Position numbers and translations under genes: made by a program. DNA of 17,980 nucleotides from Pseudomonadota bacterium (GTDB lineage: Bacteria > Bdellovibrionota_G > JALEGL01 > DATDPG01), in NCBI GenBank assembly GCA_043804515.1, contig JAZDIZ010000090.1, positions 1-17,980 on the forward strand. The letters run 5' to 3'. The notes below the pieces were generated by a model that did not search any database, was not told where the DNA came from, and saw only the letters and a list, made by a program, of their open reading frames with translations. Shown one piece after another: positions 8,643 to 17,850 of the stretch; positions within the stretch are counted from its first letter, which is position 1, and each line of letters begins with the position of its first letter.

Positions 8643-11600
8643 TCACAGTGCGTGGCCTTGGGTTGGAAGTTGGCTCGGTTGGGGGATCACAGTGCCCTCC
8701 CGCATGACGAATTTCCATTTCCAGATGGAATAGAGAACGGGATAGACCAAGAGTTCCAGGGCGAACGACGTGCACAAGCCGCCTACCATGGGCGCCGCGA
8801 TCCGTTTCATCATGTCCGCTCCCGTGCCGATCGACCACATGATCGGCAAAAGACCCATGAATGCAGCCATGACGGTCATCATCTTGGGCCGGATTCGCCG
8901 AACGGCGCCATGCATGATGGCCCCTTCAAGATCTTTGTACGTCCGCATTTGGCCGTTTCGAACGCGCTCTTCGTAAGCAAGATCCAGAAATAGCAGCATA
9001 AAGACGCCGGTTTCGGCATCCAGACCCATCAAGGCGATCATCCCCACCCAGACGGCGATCGAAAGGTTGTAGCCAAGGAGATACAGAAGCCAGATCGCCC
9101 CGATCAGCGAGAAGGGGACGGCCAACATGACGATCCCGGCCTTCACCATTGATTTGGTGTTCATAAAGAGAAGAAGGGCAATGAGAAAAATCGTGAGTGG
9201 GAGGACCACCTTGAGTCGTTCGCGAACGCGAGCCATGTTCTCGTATTGGCCACTCCAGAGAAGGTAGTATCCTTTGGGTAAATTGAGACGCTTCTGAACG
9301 GCGGCCTTCGCTTCTTGCACGTATCCCCCGATGTCTCTCCCGGTCATGTCCACGTAGACATAACCGGCCAACTGGCCGTTTTCGTTCCGGATCATCCCCG
9401 GGCCTTCCATCATCTTGAGCTCGGCGATTTGCGCCAGCGGAATCTGGGCTCCCGAAGGGGTCGGAACGAGGACCCGCTTGAGACGTGGGATACTGTCGCG
9501 GAACTCCCGCGCGTAGCGGACGTTGACGGCGTAGCGCTCCCGTCCTTCCACCGTGGTCGTGATATTTTCGCCTCCGATGGCGGACATGATGATCGTCTGG
9601 GCGTCCGAGACCGAAAGGCCGTAGCGGGCGAGTTCATCCCGGTTCAAAACGAAGTCGAGGTAGTAGCCTCCGGCCGTTCGTTCCGCGAGAACGTTCCGAG
9701 TTCCCGGAACTGCCCTAAGTATGCTTTCCAGGTCCTCGCCGACCTTTTGAATCACTTTGAGGTCGGCTCCTAAGACCTTGATCCCGATCGGCGTGCGGAT
9801 CCCGGTGGAGAGCATGTCGATCCGGTTCTTGATCGGCATCGTCCAGATGTTCGGGATTCCGGGAAATGTGAGCTTCGCGTTCATCTCGTTTTGAAGCTCT
9901 TCAAATGTGATATGGCTGGGGGTAATCCGTGAAAAGACCGGTTGGAGAAAATCCGGCATCCACGAGTACCAACGTTTCGCTTTCCGCCATTCGGACGTCG
10001 GCTTGAGAACCACTGTGGTCTCCACCATGGAAAACGGGGCCGGATCGGTGGGTGAATTGAAACGGCCGGCCTTTCCGAAGACTCGTTCCACTTCGGGGAA
10101 TGTCCGGAGGATCCGATCTTGGATCTGCAGAATCCGCTGCGCCTCGGTCACCGACATTCCTGGGAGAGCGGTCGGCATATAGAGGAAGGCCCCTTCGTTG
10201 AGCGGCGGCATGAACTCGGAGCCGAGTTTTAAATAAATGGGAACCGTGGAGGCCATGAGAAGGACCGTCGCCAGCAAGGTCACTTTTCGGTGTTCCAGGA
10301 CCCAGCCACAGACCGGCTCATAGACTTTGAAAAGAATCCGACTGATCGGATGCTTTTCCTCCCGGTAGTATTTTCCGACGGTGACGGTGTTCACGAGCCA
10401 GGACATCCAGCGGGGCTTCCAATGAACGTAGTCCATCCGCGTGAACATCATTCGGAGAGCCGGGTCGAGCGTGATGGCCAGGAGAGCGGCGATCGCCATG
10501 GCGAAGTTCTTGGAATACGCGAGCGGTTTGAAGAGTCTCCCTTCCTGGTCGACCAGCGTGAAGATCGGCAGAAACGCGACGGCGATGACCAGAAGGGAAA
10601 AGAAAACCGACGGCCCGACTTCCTTGAGCGCCCCAAGGCGGATGAGATGAAAATCTCCCTTCCTTCCTCCGGCAATCCATTCCTCCAAGCGCTTGTACGC
10701 ATTTTCGACTTCAATGATCGCTCCATCGACAAGAACACCGATCGAGATCGCAATTCCCGCCAACGACATGATGTTGCTCGTGAGACCCATGAGATAGAGA
10801 GGGATGAACGCAAGAAAGACGGACACCGGAATTGTGACGATGGGGATCAGCGCCGACGGGATGTGCCATAGGAAAAGCAGAATCACGAGGCTGACGATGA
10901 TCATTTCTTCCTTGAGCGAATGGATCAGCGTCTCGATGGAATGAAGGATGAGTCCGGACCGGTCGTAGGTGGTTATAACTTCCACCCCTTCCGGCAGCGT
11001 GGGTTTTAACTCCTCCAACTTGGCCTTCACGCGATCAATGACATTGAGGGCGTTCTCTCCGTGGCGCATCACGACGACGCCGCCGACGACATCTCCCATG
11101 CCGTCTAGATCGGCCACGCCGCGGCGAAGGTCGGGACCCAGGACGACGTTCGCCACATGTTTGACCAAAATGGGAGTCCCCGAAGCGTGATCAACGCCCA
11201 CAACAATCTTCTTGATGTCCTCCACGGACTTGGCGTATCCGCGTCCTCGAACCATGTACTCGGTCCCCGCAAACTCCAGAAGGCGCCCCCCCACCTCCTC
11301 GTTCCCCTTGCGAACGGCATCGAGAACCTGCGTCAAGGGGATGTTGTAGGCGAGAAGCGCGTTCGGATCGACATTGACCTGGTATTGCTTGACGAACCCC
11401 CCGATGGCCGCGACCTCGGACACGCCGGGTACGGCCTGGAGGTGATATCGGAGATACCAGTCCTGAAGCGACCGGAGTTGAGCCAGATTGTTTTTCCCGG
11501 ATCGATCGATCAGGGAATACTGATAGACCCAGCCGACGCTGGTGGCGTCCGGCCCGATCTCCGTCTTCACACCTTCGGGAAGTGTGGGGAGAATTTTGCT

Positions 11601-11939
11601 CAAGTACTCGACGACGCGGGAGCGCGCCCAATAGATGTCGGTTCCGTCCTGGAAGATGACGTAGACGTACGAATATCCGAAATCCGAAAACCCGCGGATC
11701 GCCTTGATTTTAGGAGCCCCGAGAAGCGCCGTGACGATCGGGTATGTGACCTGATCCTCCAGGATGTCGGGGGAACGGTCCCACCGGGAAAAGACGATGA
11801 CTTGGGTGTCCGAAAGATCTGGAATCGCATCCAAGGGGATCCGCTTGATGGCCCAAAGGCTCCCCAGCATCGCCACGAGCACGAAAATCAGGACGAGAAC
11901 CTTATTCTTCGCCGAAAACTCGATGATTTTCTCGATCAT
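8643..11939 (-). CDS. cusA: CusA/CzcA family heavy-metal (Cu/Ag) RND efflux transporter
   Basis: 1098 aa. LDAIPDLSDTQVIV, GPDATSVGWVYQY, GSEFMPPLNEG, TDPAPFSMVET, WTMPIKNRIDML (Met residues typical of CusA/SilA), MKRIAAPMVGG. Confidence 0.96.
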   Translation of the reverse strand: MIEKIIEFSAKNKVLVLIFVLVAMLGSLWAIKRIPLDAIPDLSDTQVIVFSRWDRSPDILEDQVTYPIVTALLGAPKIKAIRGFSDFGYSYVYVIFQDGTDIYWARSRVVEYLSKILPTLPEGVKTEIGPDATSVGWVYQYSLIDRSGKNNLAQLRSLQDWYLRYHLQAVPGVSEVAAIGGFVKQYQVNVDPNALLAYNIPLTQVLDAVRKGNEEVGGRLLEFAGTEYMVRGRGYAKSVEDIKKIVVGVDHASGTPILVKHVANVVLGPDLRRGVADLDGMGDVVGGVVVMRHGENALNVIDRVKAKLEELKPTLPEGVEVITTYDRSGLILHSIETLIHSLKEEMIIVSLVILLFLWHIPSALIPIVTIPVSVFLAFIPLYLMGLTSNIMSLAGIAISIGVLVDGAIIEVENAYKRLEEWIAGGRKGDFHLIRLGALKEVGPSVFFSLLVIAVAFLPIFTLVDQEGRLFKPLAYSKNFAMAIAALLAITLDPALRMMFTRMDYVHWKPRWMSWLVNTVTVGKYYREEKHPISRILFKVYEPVCGWVLEHRKVTLLATVLLMASTVPIYLKLGSEFMPPLNEGAFLYMPTALPGMSVTEAQRILQIQDRILRTFPEVERVFGKAGRFNSPTDPAPFSMVETTVVLKPTSEWRKAKRWYSWMPDFLQPVFSRITPSHITFEELQNEMNAKLTFPGIPNIWTMPIKNRIDMLSTGIRTPIGIKVLGADLKVIQKVGEDLESILRAVPGTRNVLAERTAGGYYLDFVLNRDELARYGLSVSDAQTIIMSAIGGENITTTVEGRERYAVNVRYAREFRDSIPRLKRVLVPTPSGAQIPLAQIAELKMMEGPGMIRNENGQLAGYVYVDMTGRDIGGYVQEAKAAVQKRLNLPKGYYLLWSGQYENMARVRERLKVVLPLTIFLIALLLFMNTKSMVKAGIVMLAVPFSLIGAIWLLYLLGYNLSIAVWVGMIALMGLDAETGVFMLLFLDLAYEERVRNGQMRTYKDLEGAIMHGAVRRIRPKMMTVMAAFMGLLPIMWSIGTGADMMKRIAAPMVGGLCTSFALELLVYPVLYSIWKWKFVMREGTVIPQPSQLPTQGHAL

Positions 11940-11951
11940 GGCTCAGTGTCC

Positions 11952-13199
11952 CTAATGTCCCGCGTGGCTCGGCTCAGACGGCGTGGAAGAGGGATTTTTC
12001 TTTACGAACGCGTTGACCGCCGCCTTAAAACGGGATTCGGAGTCGATCAGGAAGTTCGCCGAGGTCACCACCTCCTCGCCTTCGGAAACCCCCCGAATCA
12101 CTTCGTAGAAGCCTTCGGCCTCGCGGCCCAGTACTACATCGCGCGGTTCGAATTCCCCTCCTCCTTTTTTGACGAAGACAATCTGAGTCTCGCCCGTGCT
12201 CAAGATTGCCCCGTCGGGAACGACGATCACCTTACCCAGAGGAATTTGGATTTTGATGTTTACGAATGTTTCGGGTCGGAGACGTTCATCCGGGGTTTTA
12301 ATTTCCGCCCGGACGCGAACCGTGCGCGTCATGGCGTTTAAGACCGGGTCGATTGACTTGACCGTGCCGTGGAAACTGCGACCCGGTATCGCCGGCGTCG
12401 TGACGATCACCCGTTGGCCCCGGCGGAGAAGATCGACCTCATATTCATAGACCTGTCCGTAGACCCAGACGGTCTTGCCGGGAAGGAGCAGATTGAGCGA
12501 CTCGCTCCCCCCCTGCGTGATCTGCCGGATCTGCGAATCGGAGAGACCCAAGAGGCGCAATTTGAGAGCAGAGGACTTGATGAGGTTCGCAGATTCTTCC
12601 CGGGCGGTCGCCCAGGGACTCTCCTTCATTCCCTCCTTGGCCGTAATGGCCTCTCGGTATTCCGCCATCGCGTTGTAGAGCTCGGGATCGAACGCCACCC
12701 GGCCCACCGACCGGATCTCCAAATCGAGGTCCCGCCGTTCCACCTTTTCGGTTGTCACGCCGATGAGCTGCTGTCTTTCGGTCGGCACCGTGATCGTGGC
12801 GTGCCCGGCTATGCTCGAACCGCCTCCTTTCGCCTCATCCTCGTAGACCGGAACATAGTCCATTCCCATTTCGTCTTTCGCCGGTGTGCGAGAGGTCACG
12901 TCCGGCCGCATGGGATGCCGATAGAAAAGAATCTTTCTCTCGCTTGGCCCCACCTGCTCCTGTGCGGGAACCTGGGAAGGGGGCACGGACTCGTCCACCT
13001 CCTGGAGCGCCATGTTGCAGATGGGACAGTTCCCCGGTTGTTCCGTCACGATCCCGGGATGCATGGAACATTGGTAACGGTGCTTCCTGACTTGTTCTGC
13101 CCGCGGCTTTTCCTTTGGGGCCCGTGCGTGCCGAACAAGGATGACCGAACCCGCGATCAAAACGACGGCACCCGCTGCTATCCAGATCGACTTTTTCAC
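11952..13199 (-). CDS. cusB: CusB-like RND periplasmic adaptor with N-terminal heavy-metal-binding domains
   Basis: TM anchor, YQCSMHP...CPICNM, YRHPM...DEMGMDYVPVY, TRTVRVR, ANFLIDSESR. GTG start overlaps the upstream stop (GTGA). Confidence 0.92.
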   Translation of the reverse strand: MKKSIWIAAGAVVLIAGSVILVRHARAPKEKPRAEQVRKHRYQCSMHPGIVTEQPGNCPICNMALQEVDESVPPSQVPAQEQVGPSERKILFYRHPMRPDVTSRTPAKDEMGMDYVPVYEDEAKGGGSSIAGHATITVPTERQQLIGVTTEKVERRDLDLEIRSVGRVAFDPELYNAMAEYREAITAKEGMKESPWATAREESANLIKSSALKLRLLGLSDSQIRQITQGGSESLNLLLPGKTVWVYGQVYEYEVDLLRRGQRVIVTTPAIPGRSFHGTVKSIDPVLNAMTRTVRVRAEIKTPDERLRPETFVNIKIQIPLGKVIVVPDGAILSTGETQIVFVKKGGGEFEPRDVVLGREAEGFYEVIRGVSEGEEVVTSANFLIDSESRFKAAVNAFVKKNPSSTPSEPSHAGH

Positions 13200-14512
13200 G
13201 ATTTGCCTCCGCGGACCTCCGCAAGATCGACGCCCAACACCCGTTCCAAATGCGCGGTGTTTTTGCCGTACTCGGCGAGGTTGCGGAAATATTCCAATCG
13301 AAACTCAACGAGCGTCCGGTCCGAATCGAGGAGATTCAGGAAATCGATCCGGTCGGATTGATACGCCGCCTCCGCCACGCGAAGCGACTGCTCCGCTTGC
13401 GGAAGGAGCGTCGTCCGGTAGAGTTCCACCAATCGCTGCGCCGTATCGACGTGAACCATGAACTCCCGAACATCGGAGCGAGTCGTCGCCTGCGTCGAAC
13501 GTAACGTCTCGTTCGCGCGTTGTTGTTCGCCCCGTGCCGCACTCACCTGGCCCCTCTGCCGCCAGAACCAGAGGGGAACGTTCAACTTGAAAAGCACGGA
13601 GGAGTCATTCTGCGGTTGGGGCTGGACCTTTTCCCCGTAATTCCGCCATCCGTATTCGATCGTGAGGTCGGGCAGATATTCACTTTTCATCGCACCCACC
13701 TCTGCCGTCGTCTTTTCGACCTCGTGACGAGCGCCACGGATTTCCGGTCGCTTTTCTAGCGCGATCGCCTCCCATTGCTCGTATGTCTTGGAAACCGGAA
13801 ACACGACGGGCTCCTCCAACTCTCCGAACGGTTCGGGCGGTTTTCGGTCCAGGAGGGAATTGAGGCGAGACTGAACCGACAGAAGTTCCTGCTCGCCCGT
13901 GATCAACAGGTTGTTGGCCTTGGAAAGTTCCACCTGCGCCCGCAATACGTCGGATTGAGAAGCTTTTCCGACGGCGTACCGATTGGCGGCGATTCGGGCG
14001 AATTTGAGGAGAATTTCAACGTTCTCCTTCGAGATCTGCACCGAGCGATTCGCGAACATGAGGGCGTAATACGACTCCTTCACACGGGCCAAAACGTCCC
14101 GTTCCACCGTGTGATACGCTTCCTCCTGCGTCCGGGCGGCAAAAGAGGCGGCTCGACTCTTGTAAAACAGTTTGGAAGGAAACGGGATCGTCTGGCCGAC
14201 CCGGTACCAGGTGTCCATAGCGGAGCCAAAATTGAATGTGTTTCGGTTGATCCCCTCGTATTCGACACCGAACTCCAGGTCGGGAATTCCCCGCGCAACG
14301 GAGATCCGCGCCCTTGCGGCGCTCCACGCGCGTTCCGCGGACGCGATTTCCGGGTTTCTCACTTTAGCCAACGCCAGCACTTCGTTAAGTGTCGCGGGGG
14401 GCGAATTCGTCGCGTCCGCCCACACCATGGAAAGGGGAAACAGTGCGCACCATCCCGAAAGCGCCAAGATGGGAAGAAGTCCCCCTCCGCTAACTCTATG
14501 AAATTGCAGCAT
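13196..14512 (-). CDS. TolC/CusC family outer-membrane efflux protein
   Basis: Signal-like N-terminus and OEP repeats (RNPEI, QTIPFPSKL, RYAVGKASQSDVLRAQ, RPEI, YLPDL, VPLWF). First gene of the CBA operon. Confidence 0.93.
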   Translation of the reverse strand: MLQFHRVSGGGLLPILALSGWCALFPLSMVWADATNSPPATLNEVLALAKVRNPEIASAERAWSAARARISVARGIPDLEFGVEYEGINRNTFNFGSAMDTWYRVGQTIPFPSKLFYKSRAASFAARTQEEAYHTVERDVLARVKESYYALMFANRSVQISKENVEILLKFARIAANRYAVGKASQSDVLRAQVELSKANNLLITGEQELLSVQSRLNSLLDRKPPEPFGELEEPVVFPVSKTYEQWEAIALEKRPEIRGARHEVEKTTAEVGAMKSEYLPDLTIEYGWRNYGEKVQPQPQNDSSVLFKLNVPLWFWRQRGQVSAARGEQQRANETLRSTQATTRSDVREFMVHVDTAQRLVELYRTTLLPQAEQSLRVAEAAYQSDRIDFLNLLDSDRTLVEFRLEYFRNLAEYGKNTAHLERVLGVDLAEVRGGKS

Positions 14513-14550
14513 AACTAATAGTCGCCTTCCTTGTCCGGTCTGTCAAAAGG

Positions 14551-14580
14551 GAATACGTTTAAAATTTGGGATTTGTGACA
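14551..14580 (-). promoter_or_regulatory. putative ECF promoter driving the tolC-cusB-cusA operon
   Basis: Minus strand reads TGTCACAAA-tcccaaattttaaa(14)-CGTATTC, with the same boxes and spacing as the plus-strand copy. Confidence 0.75.
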
Positions 14581-14581
14581 G

Positions 14582-14611
14582 TGTCACAAAGAAAACATTC
14601 CGGACGTATTC
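14582..14611 (+). promoter_or_regulatory. putative autoregulatory ECF promoter of the sigma factor gene
   Basis: TGTCACAAA-gaaaacattccgga(14)-CGTATTC, then TTT and the ATG at 14615. No Shine-Dalgarno. Confidence 0.75.
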
Positions 14612-14614
14612 TTT

Positions 14615-15148
14615 ATGAGTGATGAAACACGAACGGACGAGGAGCTGATGCTCGCGTATCAAAGAGGCGACGAAGATTCGTTCCGCGTTTTGTACGGAAG
14701 GTATGCCGGAAGAGTTTACGGCTACCTTCGTCTCAAGCTTTCGTCCCGAAGTGTCGTAGACGACGCATTCCAGACGGTTTTCCTGAAACTGCACCAGTTT
14801 CGAGGGCGATACCGCCCGGTTCTCCCTTTCGCTCCATGGCTGTTCACGATTTCCCGTAACGTTGTTTGGGACATTCTTCGCTCCCAAGCCCGCTCTATGG
14901 AGGACGCGAGCCCCATGGATATCGAACAGGCGTCGGTCATGCAACCCACTCCCGCAACCGACCTTCCCGAGTTGGCGACGCTCACCCCGGAGCGCCGGCA
15001 GGCCCTGGAACTTCGCTTCGGTCAGGACCTTTCTTTTCACGAGATCGCAAAGCGACTTGAAACTTCTCCCGCCAATGTCCGCCAACTCGTGAGCCGTTCG
15101 CTCCGGCAGCTGAAGAGAACTATGGGAGGAAGGGGGACCAAGTCATGA
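14615..15148 (+). CDS. ECF-type RNA polymerase sigma-70 factor
   Basis: 177 aa. TDEELMLAYQRGD, region 2 DDAFQTVFLKL...FAPWLFTISRN, region 4 LTPERRQALELRF..LSFHEIAKRL..ANVRQLVSR. Confidence 0.93.
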   Translation: MSDETRTDEELMLAYQRGDEDSFRVLYGRYAGRVYGYLRLKLSSRSVVDDAFQTVFLKLHQFRGRYRPVLPFAPWLFTISRNVVWDILRSQARSMEDASPMDIEQASVMQPTPATDLPELATLTPERRQALELRFGQDLSFHEIAKRLETSPANVRQLVSRSLRQLKRTMGGRGTKS

Positions 15149-15693
15149 ATGACCCGCAGTCTCCCGAAAAATGGCTCCACGAATTCCAACAATTCTTGGC
15201 TGCCGACCCGATTACGCCTCCCACGGGATTGACGGAAGGTCTTCTCGCCAAAGTCACAGCGGACTTGAACCCGCCCCCGTGGAGAGTGTTCCTCAAACTC
15301 GGCCTTGTTCATGCCGTCGTCGGTTCGCTGACACTCTTGATCTGTCCCCAGTTCGGCCTCGGCCCGAGTCTCGGTTTGATGACGTATCTGATGAGGCTTG
15401 GTCCTCATGTCTGTATGTTCGGGTGCGGGACGCTTTTTCTGGGAGTGTCGGCTCTCGCCAGCGCGTTTCTTTTGAGACTTGAGGAGGTCCGTGTGTTGAG
15501 AAAGACCGTTCTTCTCCAGTTCCCCTTACTCGGACTCGCGTCGATCGGAATCTTTCTCTTATTCGGTGCTGCTGTAGTGGTGAATCTGGCGCTGGTCTGG
15601 ATCTTAGGATCGATCCTGGGAGGTCTTGGGAGCCTGGAACTGGGATGGCTGATCCGGGCGAAGCTTAACGATCGCCCGTCATACAGCATGTAA
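15145..15693 (+). CDS. multi-pass membrane protein, putative anti-sigma factor
   Basis: ATGA overlap with the sigma stop. Soluble N-terminus of about 45 aa, then about 4 hydrophobic segments carrying His/Cys (LVHAVVG, LICPQFG, HVCMFGCG). Confidence 0.7.
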   Translation: MNDPQSPEKWLHEFQQFLAADPITPPTGLTEGLLAKVTADLNPPPWRVFLKLGLVHAVVGSLTLLICPQFGLGPSLGLMTYLMRLGPHVCMFGCGTLFLGVSALASAFLLRLEEVRVLRKTVLLQFPLLGLASIGIFLLFGAAVVVNLALVWILGSILGGLGSLELGWLIRAKLNDRPSYSM

Positions 15694-15839
15694 GGAACCC
15701 ATAGGGCCGAAGTTCCAATGACTGTCTGGGTCCGGTAGCGCTTCGATGGACGCTTCAAAACCCTGAGGAGATCATATTCAACTCGTAATCCCCTCGACTG
15801 ATTTTGACATTTGATAGCGAGGCTAGGATTGGGTGGGCC

Positions 15840-16748
15840 TCAATGTGCCGGACCTTTGTACCTCTTCTCCCCCGCCTCAATCCTGACCGGCAGCCGGTTT
15901 CGCTCGGGTGGAAGCGGACACGTGGCGTACGGTGTGAACGCGCAAGGCGGATTGTACGCATGGTTGAAATCCACAACGACCTTCCCGTCCTTCGGAAGCT
16001 CGGAATAGAGAAATCTTCCGGCAGGATAAGTTTCGTGGCCGCTGGTTTCGTCCTTGAAAATGAAGAAGAGTTCCTTGGCGTCCGGTGTTTCGAGGACCGG
16101 CTCGAGCGTCAGCTCTTTCGCCTTCAGTTTGAACTTCACGATTCCAGGCGCCGTCATGATCTGGTCGATGCCGACAATGGAGGGAATTTTCCTCTCCAGC
16201 GGTTTCTCGTATGGCGTGAACAGCGCATCCATGCGGTATTCTTCTTTGGCTAGAAAGTAATCGAGGCCCTTGAATCCCTTTCGTACGGGACTGTTCGGAT
16301 CCCTGGCGCGGATCGCGTAACGCTGTTCCCGTTTAAGAACCGTGAGGCTCAAGTTCCCCACTCGGATCACATCCGGTCTCTCATTCTCGTCCGTCGCAAG
16401 CTCGCGTTCTTTGATCGGTTCGCCGTTGACCGTTGTCTGGGTACCGGGTTCCGGTCGGATCCTAACTTTCCCGTTTTCAACGTAGACCACTCCGAGTCTC
16501 TCCGGGCCCTTTCTCACGGGCAGAAGTACCGAATTTTCCTTTCCCGAACCGACAGGGTTCGCACCGTCATGAAGCCAATACAGCCCCACGAGCGTGAGCC
16601 AGCCATCCTGGGACGTCAGGCGTTCCAGTCTCTTCGCTCTCCATTCGCCTTCCAACCGGAGGAATTCCGGCTCGGCCTTCACCTCTGAAACCAACACCGT
16701 GGCCGACAAGAGGCAAAGACACCACATGGGAGCTTCGTAAACACGCAT
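15840..16748 (-). CDS. DUF1684 domain-containing exported protein
   Basis: GWLTLVGLYWL, FKDETSGHETYPAGRFL, DFNHAYNPPCAFTPYATCPLPPERNRL, IEAGEK. Start uncertain (ATG 16748 or 16727). Confidence 0.88.
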   Translation of the reverse strand: MRVYEAPMWCLCLLSATVLVSEVKAEPEFLRLEGEWRAKRLERLTSQDGWLTLVGLYWLHDGANPVGSGKENSVLLPVRKGPERLGVVYVENGKVRIRPEPGTQTTVNGEPIKERELATDENERPDVIRVGNLSLTVLKREQRYAIRARDPNSPVRKGFKGLDYFLAKEEYRMDALFTPYEKPLERKIPSIVGIDQIMTAPGIVKFKLKAKELTLEPVLETPDAKELFFIFKDETSGHETYPAGRFLYSELPKDGKVVVDFNHAYNPPCAFTPYATCPLPPERNRLPVRIEAGEKRYKGPAH

Positions 16749-16923
16749 GGTTCGGGCCTGTATCACAATCTCCCGGCACAATCAGGCTCCCGGGTTCACA
16801 CGGCCCCCCAATATAGGCCCTATGTTATTGCTATTATTAGTTTTAGTCTCCGGCCTCGCCTCCTTCGTTTGGGTCTTGACGGACCTTGACGCGTCGTGTT
16901 ACAAGGGCGCCCTGGAGTTAAAA

Positions 16924-17811
16924 ATGCCTTATAAATTCGTAGTTTCAGTTTTATGCCTGGCTCTTCTCGGCCTTGTGAACTGCGGAAAAACGCAGAATCA
17001 GAAAGTCCAGACCGGCCAAAAAACCGTCGTTGACGAAGGCAAGAAGATCTTGGCAACCGAAGGCACAGCCACGGAAGCTATGGCTGAGCCGGGTGTTTAC
17101 AACATGACCGTCAAATACGCCAAGATAGATTGCGCCAAGGGAATCACACCGCCCGAAACCGACAAGAAGGACGCAACCCTCAAAGCCGACTGTCGCCAAG
17201 ACGTTCAGAAACCAGGCAAATTCGGATGTGACGTTCAGGGGTTGTCTACACTGAGCGGCTTCATGCATAAGGACGGAAGCTTCGGACTTTCCGGTGATGT
17301 AAAGCCCTCGGGCGACGTGGTGAGCGGCACCAGGAATATGGCCGGAAAATTCAGCGCCAAGGATACCGCCAGCGGAAAGGCTAGCGAGACGGACCACTTC
17401 AAACAGAAAGGAATAGAGGGCGACTGTTCCCTCAGCACGACGTTTACGATGAAACTTTCGAACGCATCATCTTTGAATGATCAAACTGAAAAGCCCAAAG
17501 CCAAGGTTTCCTACAATGTCAACGGTTCCGAAGGCACACGCACGTTCTCGGACGTCCGTCTCGGCCGGTCGGAAGGCGTGCTTCAAATCGGCGCGAAGGG
17601 GCCCGTGGACGAACTCGGCAACCAAGAGCGGTTCGTGGCTTCCGTAGATGGCGATTCCATGATGGCTTCGACGGTATTGTTCTCACCCGCCGGCACGCCG
17701 ATCCTCCAAGGCCCGCTGCAGAATTGCGAATACAAGGTCGCCTCCGGATCGAAAGTCCTGGCGTTCGACTGCGACAGTCTCTCGGGTTCCGTACCACTGC
17801 CGCCGCGTTAA
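16924..17811 (+). CDS. hypothetical lipoprotein
   Basis: GGAG RBS at 16914-16917, ATG 16924, signal with lipobox LVN-C. 295 aa, six further Cys, no family recognised. Confidence 0.75.
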   Translation: MPYKFVVSVLCLALLGLVNCGKTQNQKVQTGQKTVVDEGKKILATEGTATEAMAEPGVYNMTVKYAKIDCAKGITPPETDKKDATLKADCRQDVQKPGKFGCDVQGLSTLSGFMHKDGSFGLSGDVKPSGDVVSGTRNMAGKFSAKDTASGKASETDHFKQKGIEGDCSLSTTFTMKLSNASSLNDQTEKPKAKVSYNVNGSEGTRTFSDVRLGRSEGVLQIGAKGPVDELGNQERFVASVDGDSMMASTVLFSPAGTPILQGPLQNCEYKVASGSKVLAFDCDSLSGSVPLPPR

Positions 17812-17850
17812 CTTTGACCCAGTAAGATCAAACGTTTATAAGACCGTTTC

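Noticed and set aside
9913..9923. TGGCTGGGGGT resembling the tRNA-Gln 3' end (possible att site)
   Set aside because: Short, imperfect and inside the intact cusA coding sequence.
14572..14590. Palindrome read as a CRP/FNR-type operator (TGTGA..TCACA)
   Set aside because: The spacer is 5 nt rather than 6, and the matching CGTATTC boxes on both sides fit twin ECF promoters better. Not fully excluded.
15700..16824. 9-bp inverted repeat CATAGGGCC / GGCCCTATG flanking the DUF1684 gene
   Set aside because: It does not extend, and there is no transposase or target duplication; compatible with chance.
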